From the NCBI GenBank assembly GCA_043767805.1, contig JAYUGC010000091.1, positions 1,467-65,466 of the forward strand: a DNA stretch of 64,000 nt. The letters run 5' to 3'. This document shows, one piece after another, positions 9,013 to 17,260 of this stretch (within the stretch, counting starts at the first letter, position 1; each line of letters starts with the position of its first letter). A program made the position numbers and the translations under genes. The DNA is from Pseudomonadota bacterium (GTDB lineage: Bacteria; Bdellovibrionota; FAC87; UBA2466). The notes under the pieces are model-generated. The model searched no databases. It had not been told where the DNA came from and saw nothing but the letters and a program-made list of their open reading frames with translations.

Positions 9013-10424
9013 TTGAGAACCGCGACAAGCGTGTCCACGTGCTCTTTTTGCGTCGCGAAGTTAGAGATGCCCGCCCGCAATACGTCCTGCCCCGTGTGAT
9101 AGAGCTTGGTCGGCGTAATCCAGGTCTTGCCCGTTTCCCCGACACGTTTCGCGAACGTTTTGACGTCGAGAGAGGGCTGCTTCGGGTCGACGAAGCAAAC
9201 GACCGGAAGCGCCGTCTCGTTCACGACTTTCCATCCGTTTACTTCGAGCTTTTCTCGCAAGTAGCCGCCCATCTCAATCTGATGGCGGAGGACTTTTTGA
9301 TAGCCCTCTTCGCCGTGCACCGCGAGCGTCAGAAAGAGCTTCAGGCCCGTAAAGCGACGCGACCACTGCAGGGATTGCTTGTAGGGCTCCGCGTACTCGG
9401 CAGCGTGCGTGCCAGGAGGCATGTAGTGGCTCGCCTCGACACTAAAGGTCTCTTCCAAAATGTTCGCGTGAGGCGTGAAGAAGATCCCCGCGCCCATTGG
9501 CACCGACAGCCACTTATGCGCATCGAGAGTCAGAGAATCGGTTTTCTCGACGCCCGCGAAAAGCGCGCGGTGCTCAGGTAAAAGAATGGCCGCCCCACCC
9601 CAAGCCGCATCGGCATGGAGCCAAAGGCCGTGGCGTTTCGCCACTTCCGCTATCGGGTCCAAAGCATCAAAGACGCCCGCGCTGGTGCTTCCGAGAGTCG
9701 CGACCACGAATAGCGGCAACTTCCCCGCCGCCTTATCAATCGATATCTGTTTATCGAGAGCCGCCACATCGAGCTGAAGCCGCGCATCGACCGGAAGCTC
9801 CACCACGCTCTTCGTGCCTAGCCCGCAGACGCGGGCCGCACGCAAAAACGAATGATGGGTTTCCTTCGAAGTGTAGAGGACCGGCCTATATGTCCCGACC
9901 CCGTCCGTGCGGAAATCGGGCAGCTTTGCCGCCAACGCACAAAGAACCGCCGTATAGTTCGCTTCGGTACCACCCGTGGTGAAGCAGCCTCTTACGGAAC
10001 CGGACGGATACCCGAACTTCATCCCGAAATACCGCACGAGATGGTTCTCCATCTCGATGCAAACCTTGGCGCTCGCCGTGGAGGCAAGCTGGGGGTTGAA
10101 GCTCGCGACCAAGAGGTCGGCCGCGACTCCCATGGTGGAAGGGCTCGGGTTGAACACCCCGAAGTAGGCGGGGTGACTCGTATGAAGAAGCCCCTCTTTA
10201 AGGAGCGTTCCGACCTGGGCCACGACCGAGGCGGACCTTTGAGGAGCCTGGAAATCTTGGGTCTTTAGATAAGCGGAGAGGGCGGCGCTTTGGTCGGAAG
10301 GCGCGACGGGAAGACGGGCGACCTCACCGAGGTGGCTTTCCATGAGAGCAGAGAGCTGACCCCAAAGCGCTTGCCGCTCTTTTTGGGGGAGCAAGAGACC
10401 GAATCCTTCCCGAAACGGGTCCAT
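9000..10424 (-). CDS. group II pyridoxal-phosphate-dependent amino-acid decarboxylase
   Basis: 474 aa. PLP-lysine motif SLTLDAHKWLSVPMGAG and TTGGTEANY. Length and layout match aromatic-amino-acid/DABA/glutamate decarboxylases. Confidence 0.85.
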   Translation of the reverse strand: MDPFREGFGLLLPQKERQALWGQLSALMESHLGEVARLPVAPSDQSAALSAYLKTQDFQAPQRSASVVAQVGTLLKEGLLHTSHPAYFGVFNPSPSTMGVAADLLVASFNPQLASTASAKVCIEMENHLVRYFGMKFGYPSGSVRGCFTTGGTEANYTAVLCALAAKLPDFRTDGVGTYRPVLYTSKETHHSFLRAARVCGLGTKSVVELPVDARLQLDVAALDKQISIDKAAGKLPLFVVATLGSTSAGVFDALDPIAEVAKRHGLWLHADAAWGGAAILLPEHRALFAGVEKTDSLTLDAHKWLSVPMGAGIFFTPHANILEETFSVEASHYMPPGTHAAEYAEPYKQSLQWSRRFTGLKLFLTLAVHGEEGYQKVLRHQIEMGGYLREKLEVNGWKVVNETALPVVCFVDPKQPSLDVKTFAKRVGETGKTWITPTKLYHTGQDVLRAGISNFATQKEHVDTLVAVLNQLR

Positions 10425-10504
10425 TTCCTTACTCCCTGGGTTATTGCGTTAGAGGGCGGCTCCGAGTTAAGTTGCGGTGCAACAAAGCTAGGGCGGTTCT
10501 AAAC

Positions 10505-12436
10505 ATGATCATTCAGAAGATCAACCCTTCTCAGCTCGAGAAGGCCTACAACATTCGCTGTCAGGGACTCTACCCTTTGAAACGCGAGCATTTCTTTGCT
10601 CCGTTCGGCTCCGCCTATTGCGAGGTCGAGCCCCAAGGTTTTTCCGCGCGCCACAATCACCACGAGAACGAAACGTTCTACATTCTCCAAGGTTCGGGCA
10701 CGATGGAGATCAACGGCGAGAAGGAAAACGTCTCGGCCGGCGACGTCATCTTGATCCCCGCGCTCTCTCACCACCGGCTGGACAACACGTCGACCACCGA
10801 GCGTTTGAACTTCGTCTCCGTCTACTGGAGTGCGCCGCTCGTTCCCGAGATTCCGAAACACCTTCTCGTCATCCCGGCGCCACCCACGCCGAACGGCCCG
10901 CTTCATCTAGGTCATCTTTCAGGACCGTATTTCGCGGCCGATGTGTACACGCGCTACGCGACTTCTCGCGGCTCGAATGCGTTTTATGCGATGGGTACGG
11001 ACGACAACCAGTGTTACGTCGCGGCCAAGGGACGCTTGCTCGGTCTCACGGGAGAAGAAGTCGTCGATAAGTTCACGCCCCTGATCACGAGCGCCCTGGA
11101 AGACTTCGGCTGCAACGTGACGACGTTCTTACATCCCCTCGGCCAGGGCGATTACACGCGCTTCGTGCAAGAGACCTTCGTGACCCTCATGGAAAGAGGA
11201 GTCATCGAGCTTCGGACGGTACCGACGCCTTTCTGTGAAGCCACCCAGCAGTTTCTCTACGGCGCTCAAGTCACGGGCAAATGCCCCACTTGTAAGCAGC
11301 TGACCAGCGGCCAAAGTTGCGAAGCGTGCGGCGCCTACAACGACGCTTGGGACCTCATCGAGCCCAAGTCGAATGTGGGTAAGGGCCCGGTCGTGCTGAA
11401 AGACGCCGAGAAATACTATTTCCCGCTTTCGAAATACGCCGACAAACTGAGAACGATTCTCGCCCAAGTGTCCATGCATCCGAAGTTGCGCGCGTTCTAC
11501 GACGCGTACCTGGACCGTGGGCTTCCGGATGTCGCCGTCACGCAGTTTGGCGAATGGGGCGTGCCCTGCCCGCTCATGGACGGCCAAGTCCTCTACGAAT
11601 GGTTCGAGATGGCGGGAAGCTACTTCCACCTTTCCGATCAGGTTTGCGAAACGAAAGGCGAACCCGCTTTTTGGCAAGACAAGCTCGCGGGCGTCGTCGA
11701 GTGCTTCGGCTTCGACAATAGTTTCTTCTACGGCTTGCTCGTTCCGGCTTTGATGAGCGAGATCGACCCGTCGTCGCATCCGCCGAAGGCGTTTCTTTTT
11801 AATTTCTTCTATAACCTAGACGGCAAGAAGTTCTCGACGAGCCGGGGCCACGCGGTCTGGGCCCACGAGATTCTCGCAACAGTGCCTCCGGATGCGATTC
11901 GCTTTTACCTCGCCAAAACCCGCCCCGAGGACATCGAGACCAACTTCAATTTGAATGAGATGACCGCCTTCGTCGAGCGGGAGCTGGTCGGCCGGTGGGA
12001 ACCGTTCCTGGCGGCAGTCACGACCGGCACCGTTCCGGCGTTCACGGATTCTCTCGCCTGGGACCACGAGCGGTTTCTGTCGCGCGTGAACCGCATCGTC
12101 GAAGAAATTCATCAGCACTACAACGTCGACCGCTTCTCTCTGAACGCGGCCGCCGAGGGCCTGATCGAGCTCTTCAACACCGTCTCGCTCTTTCATGCTC
12201 GGTTTGATGCCCTCGATCCGCGGGCCCGCAACCTGACGGCGCAGGCCTTGCGCGCTTGGGCGACGCTTCTGACTCCCCTCATGCCGGAGTTCGGCGCGAA
12301 AGTCGCCAAAGCGATGAGCGCCTCGGGCAAAGCCACTTTGATTACTGAGCTTCGTACCGACTCTTCTATCGATGAGCTCCCCAAGCGCGACTTGAGCGAC
12401 GCCTTGGCCAAATTGAAAGCTTTCACTCATGGATAA
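10505..12436 (+). CDS. cupin :: methionyl-tRNA-synthetase-like didomain protein (candidate hydrazine synthetase, Spb40/Tri28/PyrN type)
   Basis: N-terminal cupin motifs RHNHHENETFYILQG and GDVILIPALSHHRLDN. Class I aaRS core follows: HIGH-type PNGPLHLGH, MetRS zinc knuckle CPTCK-x8-CEACG and KMSKS-type KFSTSRG. ATG at 10505 (the track opens at TTG 10472). Confidence 0.8.
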   Translation: MIIQKINPSQLEKAYNIRCQGLYPLKREHFFAPFGSAYCEVEPQGFSARHNHHENETFYILQGSGTMEINGEKENVSAGDVILIPALSHHRLDNTSTTERLNFVSVYWSAPLVPEIPKHLLVIPAPPTPNGPLHLGHLSGPYFAADVYTRYATSRGSNAFYAMGTDDNQCYVAAKGRLLGLTGEEVVDKFTPLITSALEDFGCNVTTFLHPLGQGDYTRFVQETFVTLMERGVIELRTVPTPFCEATQQFLYGAQVTGKCPTCKQLTSGQSCEACGAYNDAWDLIEPKSNVGKGPVVLKDAEKYYFPLSKYADKLRTILAQVSMHPKLRAFYDAYLDRGLPDVAVTQFGEWGVPCPLMDGQVLYEWFEMAGSYFHLSDQVCETKGEPAFWQDKLAGVVECFGFDNSFFYGLLVPALMSEIDPSSHPPKAFLFNFFYNLDGKKFSTSRGHAVWAHEILATVPPDAIRFYLAKTRPEDIETNFNLNEMTAFVERELVGRWEPFLAAVTTGTVPAFTDSLAWDHERFLSRVNRIVEEIHQHYNVDRFSLNAAAEGLIELFNTVSLFHARFDALDPRARNLTAQALRAWATLLTPLMPEFGAKVAKAMSASGKATLITELRTDSSIDELPKRDLSDALAKLKAFTHG

Positions 12437-13499
12437 GTTCGACGCCATCGTCATTGGAGGCGGCATCGTCGGCGCCTCCGCCCTTCACCAGCTGACCCGG
12501 CAGGGAAAGACCAGAAACCTCCTTCTCGAAAAGAAAGCGGGCTTTGGCCGCGGCGCCACCGGTTCCTGGGGCTCACTCGTTCGCATGTTTCACTTGAGCC
12601 TTGCGACCACGACGTCGGCCGCAAAAAGCGTTCCCTTTTATCTCGATTTCAAAAAGCACACCGGCGAGGACTTCAACTGGACCCGCACCGGATCGCTCTA
12701 TTTCCTGAAAGAACCTGAGTTGCCCCAGTTCGAGGCGCATTTCGAACAGCTTAGGAGATCAGGTCTCGAGTTCGAACTGATCCGAGCAAGAGAAGGCAAA
12801 CAACGCTTCCAAGATTTTTCCTGGTACGAGAATGATGTCGCGGTCTATGAGCCAAACGCCGGTGTGGCTTGCCCCTGGAGCACGACCGAATCGTTTCTGC
12901 ATGCGGCCGAGAAGCTCGGCGCCACCTCCAAGCTCAATACGGAAGTCACCGAAGTTCTGTCTCAGGGCGACAAAATCAGGGGCGTCCGGACGTCTAACGG
13001 CGCCGAGTACGAGTGCGACCTGCTGGTAGTCGCCTCCGGCGTTTGGACCAATGCCTTACTGGAAAAGATCGGCACGACTTCCAGCGCCTTTTCGAAGTCG
13101 CTTCAGCTTAATCGGTTTTGCCGGCACCACGGCGACGTCTCTCATCCCTTCTTCATCGATAAGGCGTCGCAGACTTTCGGCCATCCCTCGCAAAGCGGCT
13201 CCTTCATCGGCGGCTACTTGGGAGGCGAAGCCAAGAACGGGGATCATTCCGTCGAGCACGTGAGCCTTCTCGATGCAAATGAAGCGAAGCAAAAGATTTC
13301 CCAGCGCATCCCTTGGGTCAAGAATGCTACGCTAGAGGGTGGCATCCGCGCTTTGGAAGCCTACACGAACACCAACGTGGGCATCGTCGAACGGTCCGCC
13401 AGTTACGACAACCTCATCGTCACTACCGGATGGAGCTGCTCGGGCTTCACTTTGGCGCCGGTCGCGGGCCAGCGGGTGGCCGAGGCCGCTCTGCACTAA
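12429..13499 (+). CDS. DAO-family FAD-dependent oxidoreductase (Spb39-like candidate)
   Basis: 356 aa with N-terminal FDAIVIGGGIVGASALHQL. Length is that of glycine/D-amino-acid-oxidase-like proteins. 8-nt overlap with the cupin::MetRS-like gene. Confidence 0.75.
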   Translation: MDKFDAIVIGGGIVGASALHQLTRQGKTRNLLLEKKAGFGRGATGSWGSLVRMFHLSLATTTSAAKSVPFYLDFKKHTGEDFNWTRTGSLYFLKEPELPQFEAHFEQLRRSGLEFELIRAREGKQRFQDFSWYENDVAVYEPNAGVACPWSTTESFLHAAEKLGATSKLNTEVTEVLSQGDKIRGVRTSNGAEYECDLLVVASGVWTNALLEKIGTTSSAFSKSLQLNRFCRHHGDVSHPFFIDKASQTFGHPSQSGSFIGGYLGGEAKNGDHSVEHVSLLDANEAKQKISQRIPWVKNATLEGGIRALEAYTNTNVGIVERSASYDNLIVTTGWSCSGFTLAPVAGQRVAEAALH

Positions 13500-13954
13500 T
13501 GGATATCTATCTCGACGCCGATGCGAGCCCCAATAAGGAAGACACGTTTCGTGTCGCCAAGCGCTACAACTTGAAGGTCTTCGTCGTTTCGAATACGCCC
13601 AAGCACATCCCTCGGGAAGACTGGATCGTTCAGATACTGGTCGAAAAGGATTTCGACGCCGCCGACAACTGGATTGCGGATCACGTTCAGAAGGACGACA
13701 TCGTCATCACGAACGACTTGCTACTCGCCGGCCGTTGCGTGAAGAAGGAAGCCCGGGTCATCGACCCGCGCGGCAGGATCTTAGACGAGGACAACATCGG
13801 TGACGCCCTCTCGACGCGTGAGCTGATGTCCGAGCTCAGACAACGGGGGGAGCTCAACCTTGGCCCCAAGAAAATGGGCAAGAACCACCGTTCCGCCTAC
13901 CTCTCTGGCCTCGATGAGCTCATCAATCAGGTGCTCAGACAAAAACGGGCGTGA
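13499..13954 (+). CDS. yaiI: YaiI/YqxD family protein (UPF0178)
   Basis: 151 aa from the internal ATG. IYLDADASPN, DDIVITNDLLLAG and DPRGRIL align with E. coli YaiI IWVDADACPN, GDLVITADIPLAA and NPRGERY (recalled from memory). TAATG overlap with the DAO gene. Confidence 0.75.
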   Translation: MDIYLDADASPNKEDTFRVAKRYNLKVFVVSNTPKHIPREDWIVQILVEKDFDAADNWIADHVQKDDIVITNDLLLAGRCVKKEARVIDPRGRILDEDNIGDALSTRELMSELRQRGELNLGPKKMGKNHRSAYLSGLDELINQVLRQKRA

Positions 13955-14086
13955 AGATTTCTCCCCATGCCCGCTTCGTAACTCTAAGACTTAGTTAAAT
14001 TCTGTCGCGTGAAACGTTCCCGCCCGAGATTCACGATCCCGCGCCCCGGGCCCGGGAAAAGATTCCGGCGCCAGCGAAAATAGTAA

Positions 14087-15937
14087 TTAGCGGCCCGTCG
14101 GCGACACCAATTTAGGCAACGTCATCTGATTTGAAAACGCAGCGACCGGCGCATAGTGCCTCGCCGTTCCATTTTTGAAATAGACAGCCTTCGGCCATCC
14201 ATCTGAGGCAAACGCATTGTGTAGCTCATTGTACCCCGGTTTTTTCCCGACCTCATGCATGTCGATAACGACGAATCTCATCTGATCGGCGTACTGGCGC
14301 ATGTAATTTTCCAGATTCTTCTTATACGTTGGCTCAGCGCAACGACTGCAACCCACGCTGTTGGTCACCACTAAAAATACCGGCTTTGGCGAAGCCGCCA
14401 CCAGCGCCTGGAACTGCGCCAGGTTCTCCGGATCCGGAAGAGCGGCCGGCGTCGCAGGCGGCTGCTGCGCCGGTTGTTGGGCCGGCGGCTGCTGCGCGGT
14501 TTCTTGTTCCGCCGGCTTCGTCTTCGCGGGCTTCACGAAATAGACCCATCCTCTGCCAGGCGCTTTGGCCTGACAAAATTCGCCGCCAATGCAACTGGCT
14601 TGCGTCGTATCGAGGTCGGCTATTCGTACATTGGCCGGATCGAGCTTCACTCCTTTAGAAGCTGAAGCCAAAGTTACTTTATTCAGCAGCGTCGGACCGT
14701 GAAAGAGTTGCGTCCCCTCGGGATACTCCGCGGAATGCACTTTCATATAACTTGCCACGGTTTCATCGCCCTCTTTAGGGGCGGGAAACTCGGATTTCTT
14801 GCTCGAGCCCGAGATATCGAGGTCCAAGCCGGCTGTCCTCGGCTGAGCGACTTCACCGGCACCCTCAGGCTCCGTGGTCGTAGAAGGCTCAGGAGAATCG
14901 CATTTCACGTTTTCCAGCATCTTCTTCGCGTCGCGATCTAAGTTCGCGGTAGCGTCCTTGCCATTGCCATCTAATCCGAGTCCCGACGAAACCAGAGCGG
15001 CGTTAGATCCATTGGTATAGCCAGTGAGGACTCCCGCCAGGTACCACTTCCCGTCTTTCGGATCTTGAATGAACGACGGTGAGCCTGAGTCACCCGGATT
15101 AGGCCTCTGTCCGGAAAGAAATTCGAAAGAGCCTGACTGAGGACTGTTCGTTGCCGCGGTAATCGGGAAACCATCCTTGCTTCCGATGACCAGCTCCTTT
15201 TGGCGTGTATGCGTTACTGGCGTCCCGTTCAACGTCCTCGTCATCGGCAAATACGTCGTAACACTGGTGGGCGCCTGATTCTGAATTAAAGGAAATCGCT
15301 TCAAACGGGTCGTGCACGGAATCGCCATGACCGTCATGTCGCTTTTCTTATTGCCGTCCGGATAGAGCATGACCGCATCGACCAAAGGAGAACCCGGAAG
15401 AGACGTATGAATCTTCGTGCGAAAACCTTTCGCATTGGCTCCCTTACAAAGCGGGGGCCTTTCGCCATCCAAGACTTTTTGGCCGAGCTCCGCGAGCGCG
15501 TCCTTGATGCAATGCTTGGCGGTCATTGCCACGCACCAACCTCCGGGACCGGGAGCGGGCCCAAGTCCCTTGAGATCCACGCCTTCCACCACGGCGCCAG
15601 TGCCCGAGCACCGGCCCAATTCAGTGAACGAATCGCCTTCAAGCGCGTAACGAAAAAAAGGCGTGTTTTCCGAAACCGTAAGCTGGCGAGCAGTAACCGC
15701 CGCATTCTCGCTTCTCGGCGCGGCGAACGAAGAACTGGCCCTCTCCTTGAGGCTGCGACGTCGAGCCTTGGCTCGCCAAAGGTGCTCCGGTGTTTCCGGA
15801 ATCTGTGTGCGAACCACCTTGGATACTTCCGTTAAGCCCCAACGCAGGCGCTTGTTGCACGCCTCCGAAATTACCCGGAGCGGCTTGCGTGGCGGGCGCG
15901 GCCCCGCCTTTACGCATGCGAAAAATGTTATCGGCAC
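14087..15937 (-). CDS. trypsin-like serine protease with C-terminal thioredoxin-fold domain (probably the downstream part of a frame-disrupted gene)
   Basis: His motif AMTAKHC and Ser motif GDSGSPSF. PQ-rich linker QQPPAQQPAQQPPATP, then Trx-like VFLVVTNSVGCSRCAEP...WPKAVYFKNG. The first ~70 codons look like out-of-frame sequence, with no signal peptide. Confidence 0.65.
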   Translation of the reverse strand: MPITFFACVKAGPRPPRKPLRVISEACNKRLRWGLTEVSKVVRTQIPETPEHLWRAKARRRSLKERASSSFAAPRSENAAVTARQLTVSENTPFFRYALEGDSFTELGRCSGTGAVVEGVDLKGLGPAPGPGGWCVAMTAKHCIKDALAELGQKVLDGERPPLCKGANAKGFRTKIHTSLPGSPLVDAVMLYPDGNKKSDMTVMAIPCTTRLKRFPLIQNQAPTSVTTYLPMTRTLNGTPVTHTRQKELVIGSKDGFPITAATNSPQSGSFEFLSGQRPNPGDSGSPSFIQDPKDGKWYLAGVLTGYTNGSNAALVSSGLGLDGNGKDATANLDRDAKKMLENVKCDSPEPSTTTEPEGAGEVAQPRTAGLDLDISGSSKKSEFPAPKEGDETVASYMKVHSAEYPEGTQLFHGPTLLNKVTLASASKGVKLDPANVRIADLDTTQASCIGGEFCQAKAPGRGWVYFVKPAKTKPAEQETAQQPPAQQPAQQPPATPAALPDPENLAQFQALVAASPKPVFLVVTNSVGCSRCAEPTYKKNLENYMRQYADQMRFVVIDMHEVGKKPGYNELHNAFASDGWPKAVYFKNGTARHYAPVAAFSNQMTLPKLVSPTGR

Positions 15938-16379
15938 CGCGATCCAAAATTCCGTCCGAACAGATCAATACGTTTTGATTCTCGCCGTAATGACAAGCTC
16001 CACCGCCGCCGGAGTTTGGATTTCCCCCGCAAGACCGATTGCCTCCGCAGGAAGAAGCCACATTGGTTCGGGCGCCGCAATTACCCAGGCCGCCACAATT
16101 AGAGGGCTGACCTACCGAAAAGGATTGGCCACACGGTCGGCCGCCACAAGGCGAGGGCATGGAGCTAAATCCACCGCCGCCACAAGGCCGGCCGCCGCAA
16201 GGGCTAGGATTGCTCATGAAAACCGGGCCCTGATTCCTGAAGACCGGAGCTTGCTTGATGACTCTCCCTCGTTGTCCGCAACCCACGCAGCCGCCGGCGA
16301 GGCCTGAGTCACTCAAGCAAAAAGCGAAAACTATGAAAAGGAGACGGAAGGCGACAGAAGTCGCGAGATATCGGCCCAT
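15639..16379 (-). CDS. secreted Cys/Gly-rich repeat protein (probably the N-terminal part of the protease gene)
   Basis: ATG 16379 gives signal peptide MGRYLATSVAFRLLFIVFAFCLS. Repeated PSPCGGRPCG / CGG-x-x-CGG units follow. The last ~30 codons look out of frame and overlap the protease ORF in another frame. Confidence 0.55.
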   Translation of the reverse strand: MGRYLATSVAFRLLFIVFAFCLSDSGLAGGCVGCGQRGRVIKQAPVFRNQGPVFMSNPSPCGGRPCGGGGFSSMPSPCGGRPCGQSFSVGQPSNCGGLGNCGARTNVASSCGGNRSCGGNPNSGGGGACHYGENQNVLICSDGILDRGADNIFRMRKGGAAPATQAAPGNFGGVQQAPALGLNGSIQGGSHTDSGNTGAPLASQGSTSQPQGEGQFFVRRAEKRECGGYCSPAYGFGKHAFFSLRA

Positions 16380-16416
16380 CACACACCCCCAAAAAACCCC
16401 AGTACCGTGTAGACAA

Positions 16417-16432
16417 TGCAAAAGAAGCACCA
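16417..16432 (-). promoter_or_regulatory. sigma-54-type promoter motif (TGGTGC-N5-TTGCA)
   Basis: Minus strand reads TGGTGCTTCTTTTGCA with correct GG/GC spacing and a perfect -12 TTGCA, about 38 nt upstream of ATG 16379. Confidence 0.4.
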
Positions 16433-16576
16433 GAAAAAACTAAATGCTTTCAAGGCCCGGGCGTGAAGACTTTGTTCGATTGAAAGCAACCCCGCCTACT
16501 TCTTGGACAGGGCGAAGTCTCAAAAATCCTTACGTTAATTCTTTTAGAATACGGGCGAATCTGAGACCCTCTCCGC

Positions 16577-17260
16577 ATGCGTTTCCCTCTCCTTTTGCTG
16601 CTCTTTCTGCCCCTTTTGGCCCTAGCAAAGGACAGGTTCCCGAGCTTTTCCGCCCTCGCTCGCCACAAACTGGAGGGCACGGACTTCAAAGTCGTGGTTC
16701 TGAAGCGAAGATCTCCCGTGACTTCCCTCGCCATCCACGGAGGGCTCATCGAGCCCTTCACGGAAAAGCTCGCGGAAGGTTTTGCCGGTACGGATTTCAA
16801 TCTCTATACGTTCGAAGCGCTTTCCATACCGGGGTGGGACCTGCACGTCACGGCGACTCACTTCGATGATTGGCGCGCAGTGGAGATCGTCACGCAATCC
16901 GATTTCTGCGTCTCCTTTCATGGAGAAAAAAGCGTAGGCCGAGAAGAGATTTGCGTGGGCGGAACGAATCAGCCCATGCGAAGCGCGATGGCTCAGGCGC
17001 TGGTAAAAGAATTTCCGGAGATCCAAGTCGAGTTTCCCTGTCAGCGCTTGCCCGGTGTCGAGCCTAAAAATATCGGCAATCGTTGCAAGCAAGGCGGGGT
17101 TCAGCTCGAGTTTTCGATGAAGCTCTTAAAGGCGTTGCAAACCGATCCCACGCGCGCGGAAAAAATGGTTGAGACTTTGCGCGCTACCGCGGCAAGACCC
17201 GCCGAGCCCGGACGCCTTCCGCAACGACTGTCTCGCCCACCGCCTACGATTGGACACTGA
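16577..17260 (+). CDS. poly-gamma-glutamate hydrolase family protein (PF05908-like), secreted
   Basis: Signal peptide MRFPLLLLLFLPLLALA. LAIHGGLIEPFTE...YTFEA...LHVTATHFDD pattern matches the YjqB/gamma-PGA hydrolase family. Confidence 0.65.
   Translation: MRFPLLLLLFLPLLALAKDRFPSFSALARHKLEGTDFKVVVLKRRSPVTSLAIHGGLIEPFTEKLAEGFAGTDFNLYTFEALSIPGWDLHVTATHFDDWRAVEIVTQSDFCVSFHGEKSVGREEICVGGTNQPMRSAMAQALVKEFPEIQVEFPCQRLPGVEPKNIGNRCKQGGVQLEFSMKLLKALQTDPTRAEKMVETLRATAARPAEPGRLPQRLSRPPPTIGH

Noticed and set aside
6546-10424. Reading decarboxylase + N-hydroxylase as a hydroxamate (NIS-type) siderophore pathway.
   Set aside because: No IucA/IucC synthetase, N-acyltransferase, TonB-dependent receptor or ferric-siderophore transporter is present in the window. 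The cupin::MetRS + DAO pair fits the hydrazine route better. The siderophore reading cannot be fully excluded without assays.
10472-12436. Calling this gene the housekeeping methionyl-tRNA synthetase metG.
   Set aside because: It has an N-terminal cupin fusion and a KFSTS motif instead of KMSKS. The residues I recall as methionine-contacting are substituted. It is operon-coupled to a DAO oxidase inside an accessory locus. All of this argues for a paralog with a biosynthetic role.
14041-14071. GC palindrome (GCGCC CCGGGCCCGGG ... GGCGC) between the convergent yaiI and protease genes, considered as a terminator.
   Set aside because: Short arms, no T-tract on either side and several competing pairings. 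Evidence is insufficient.
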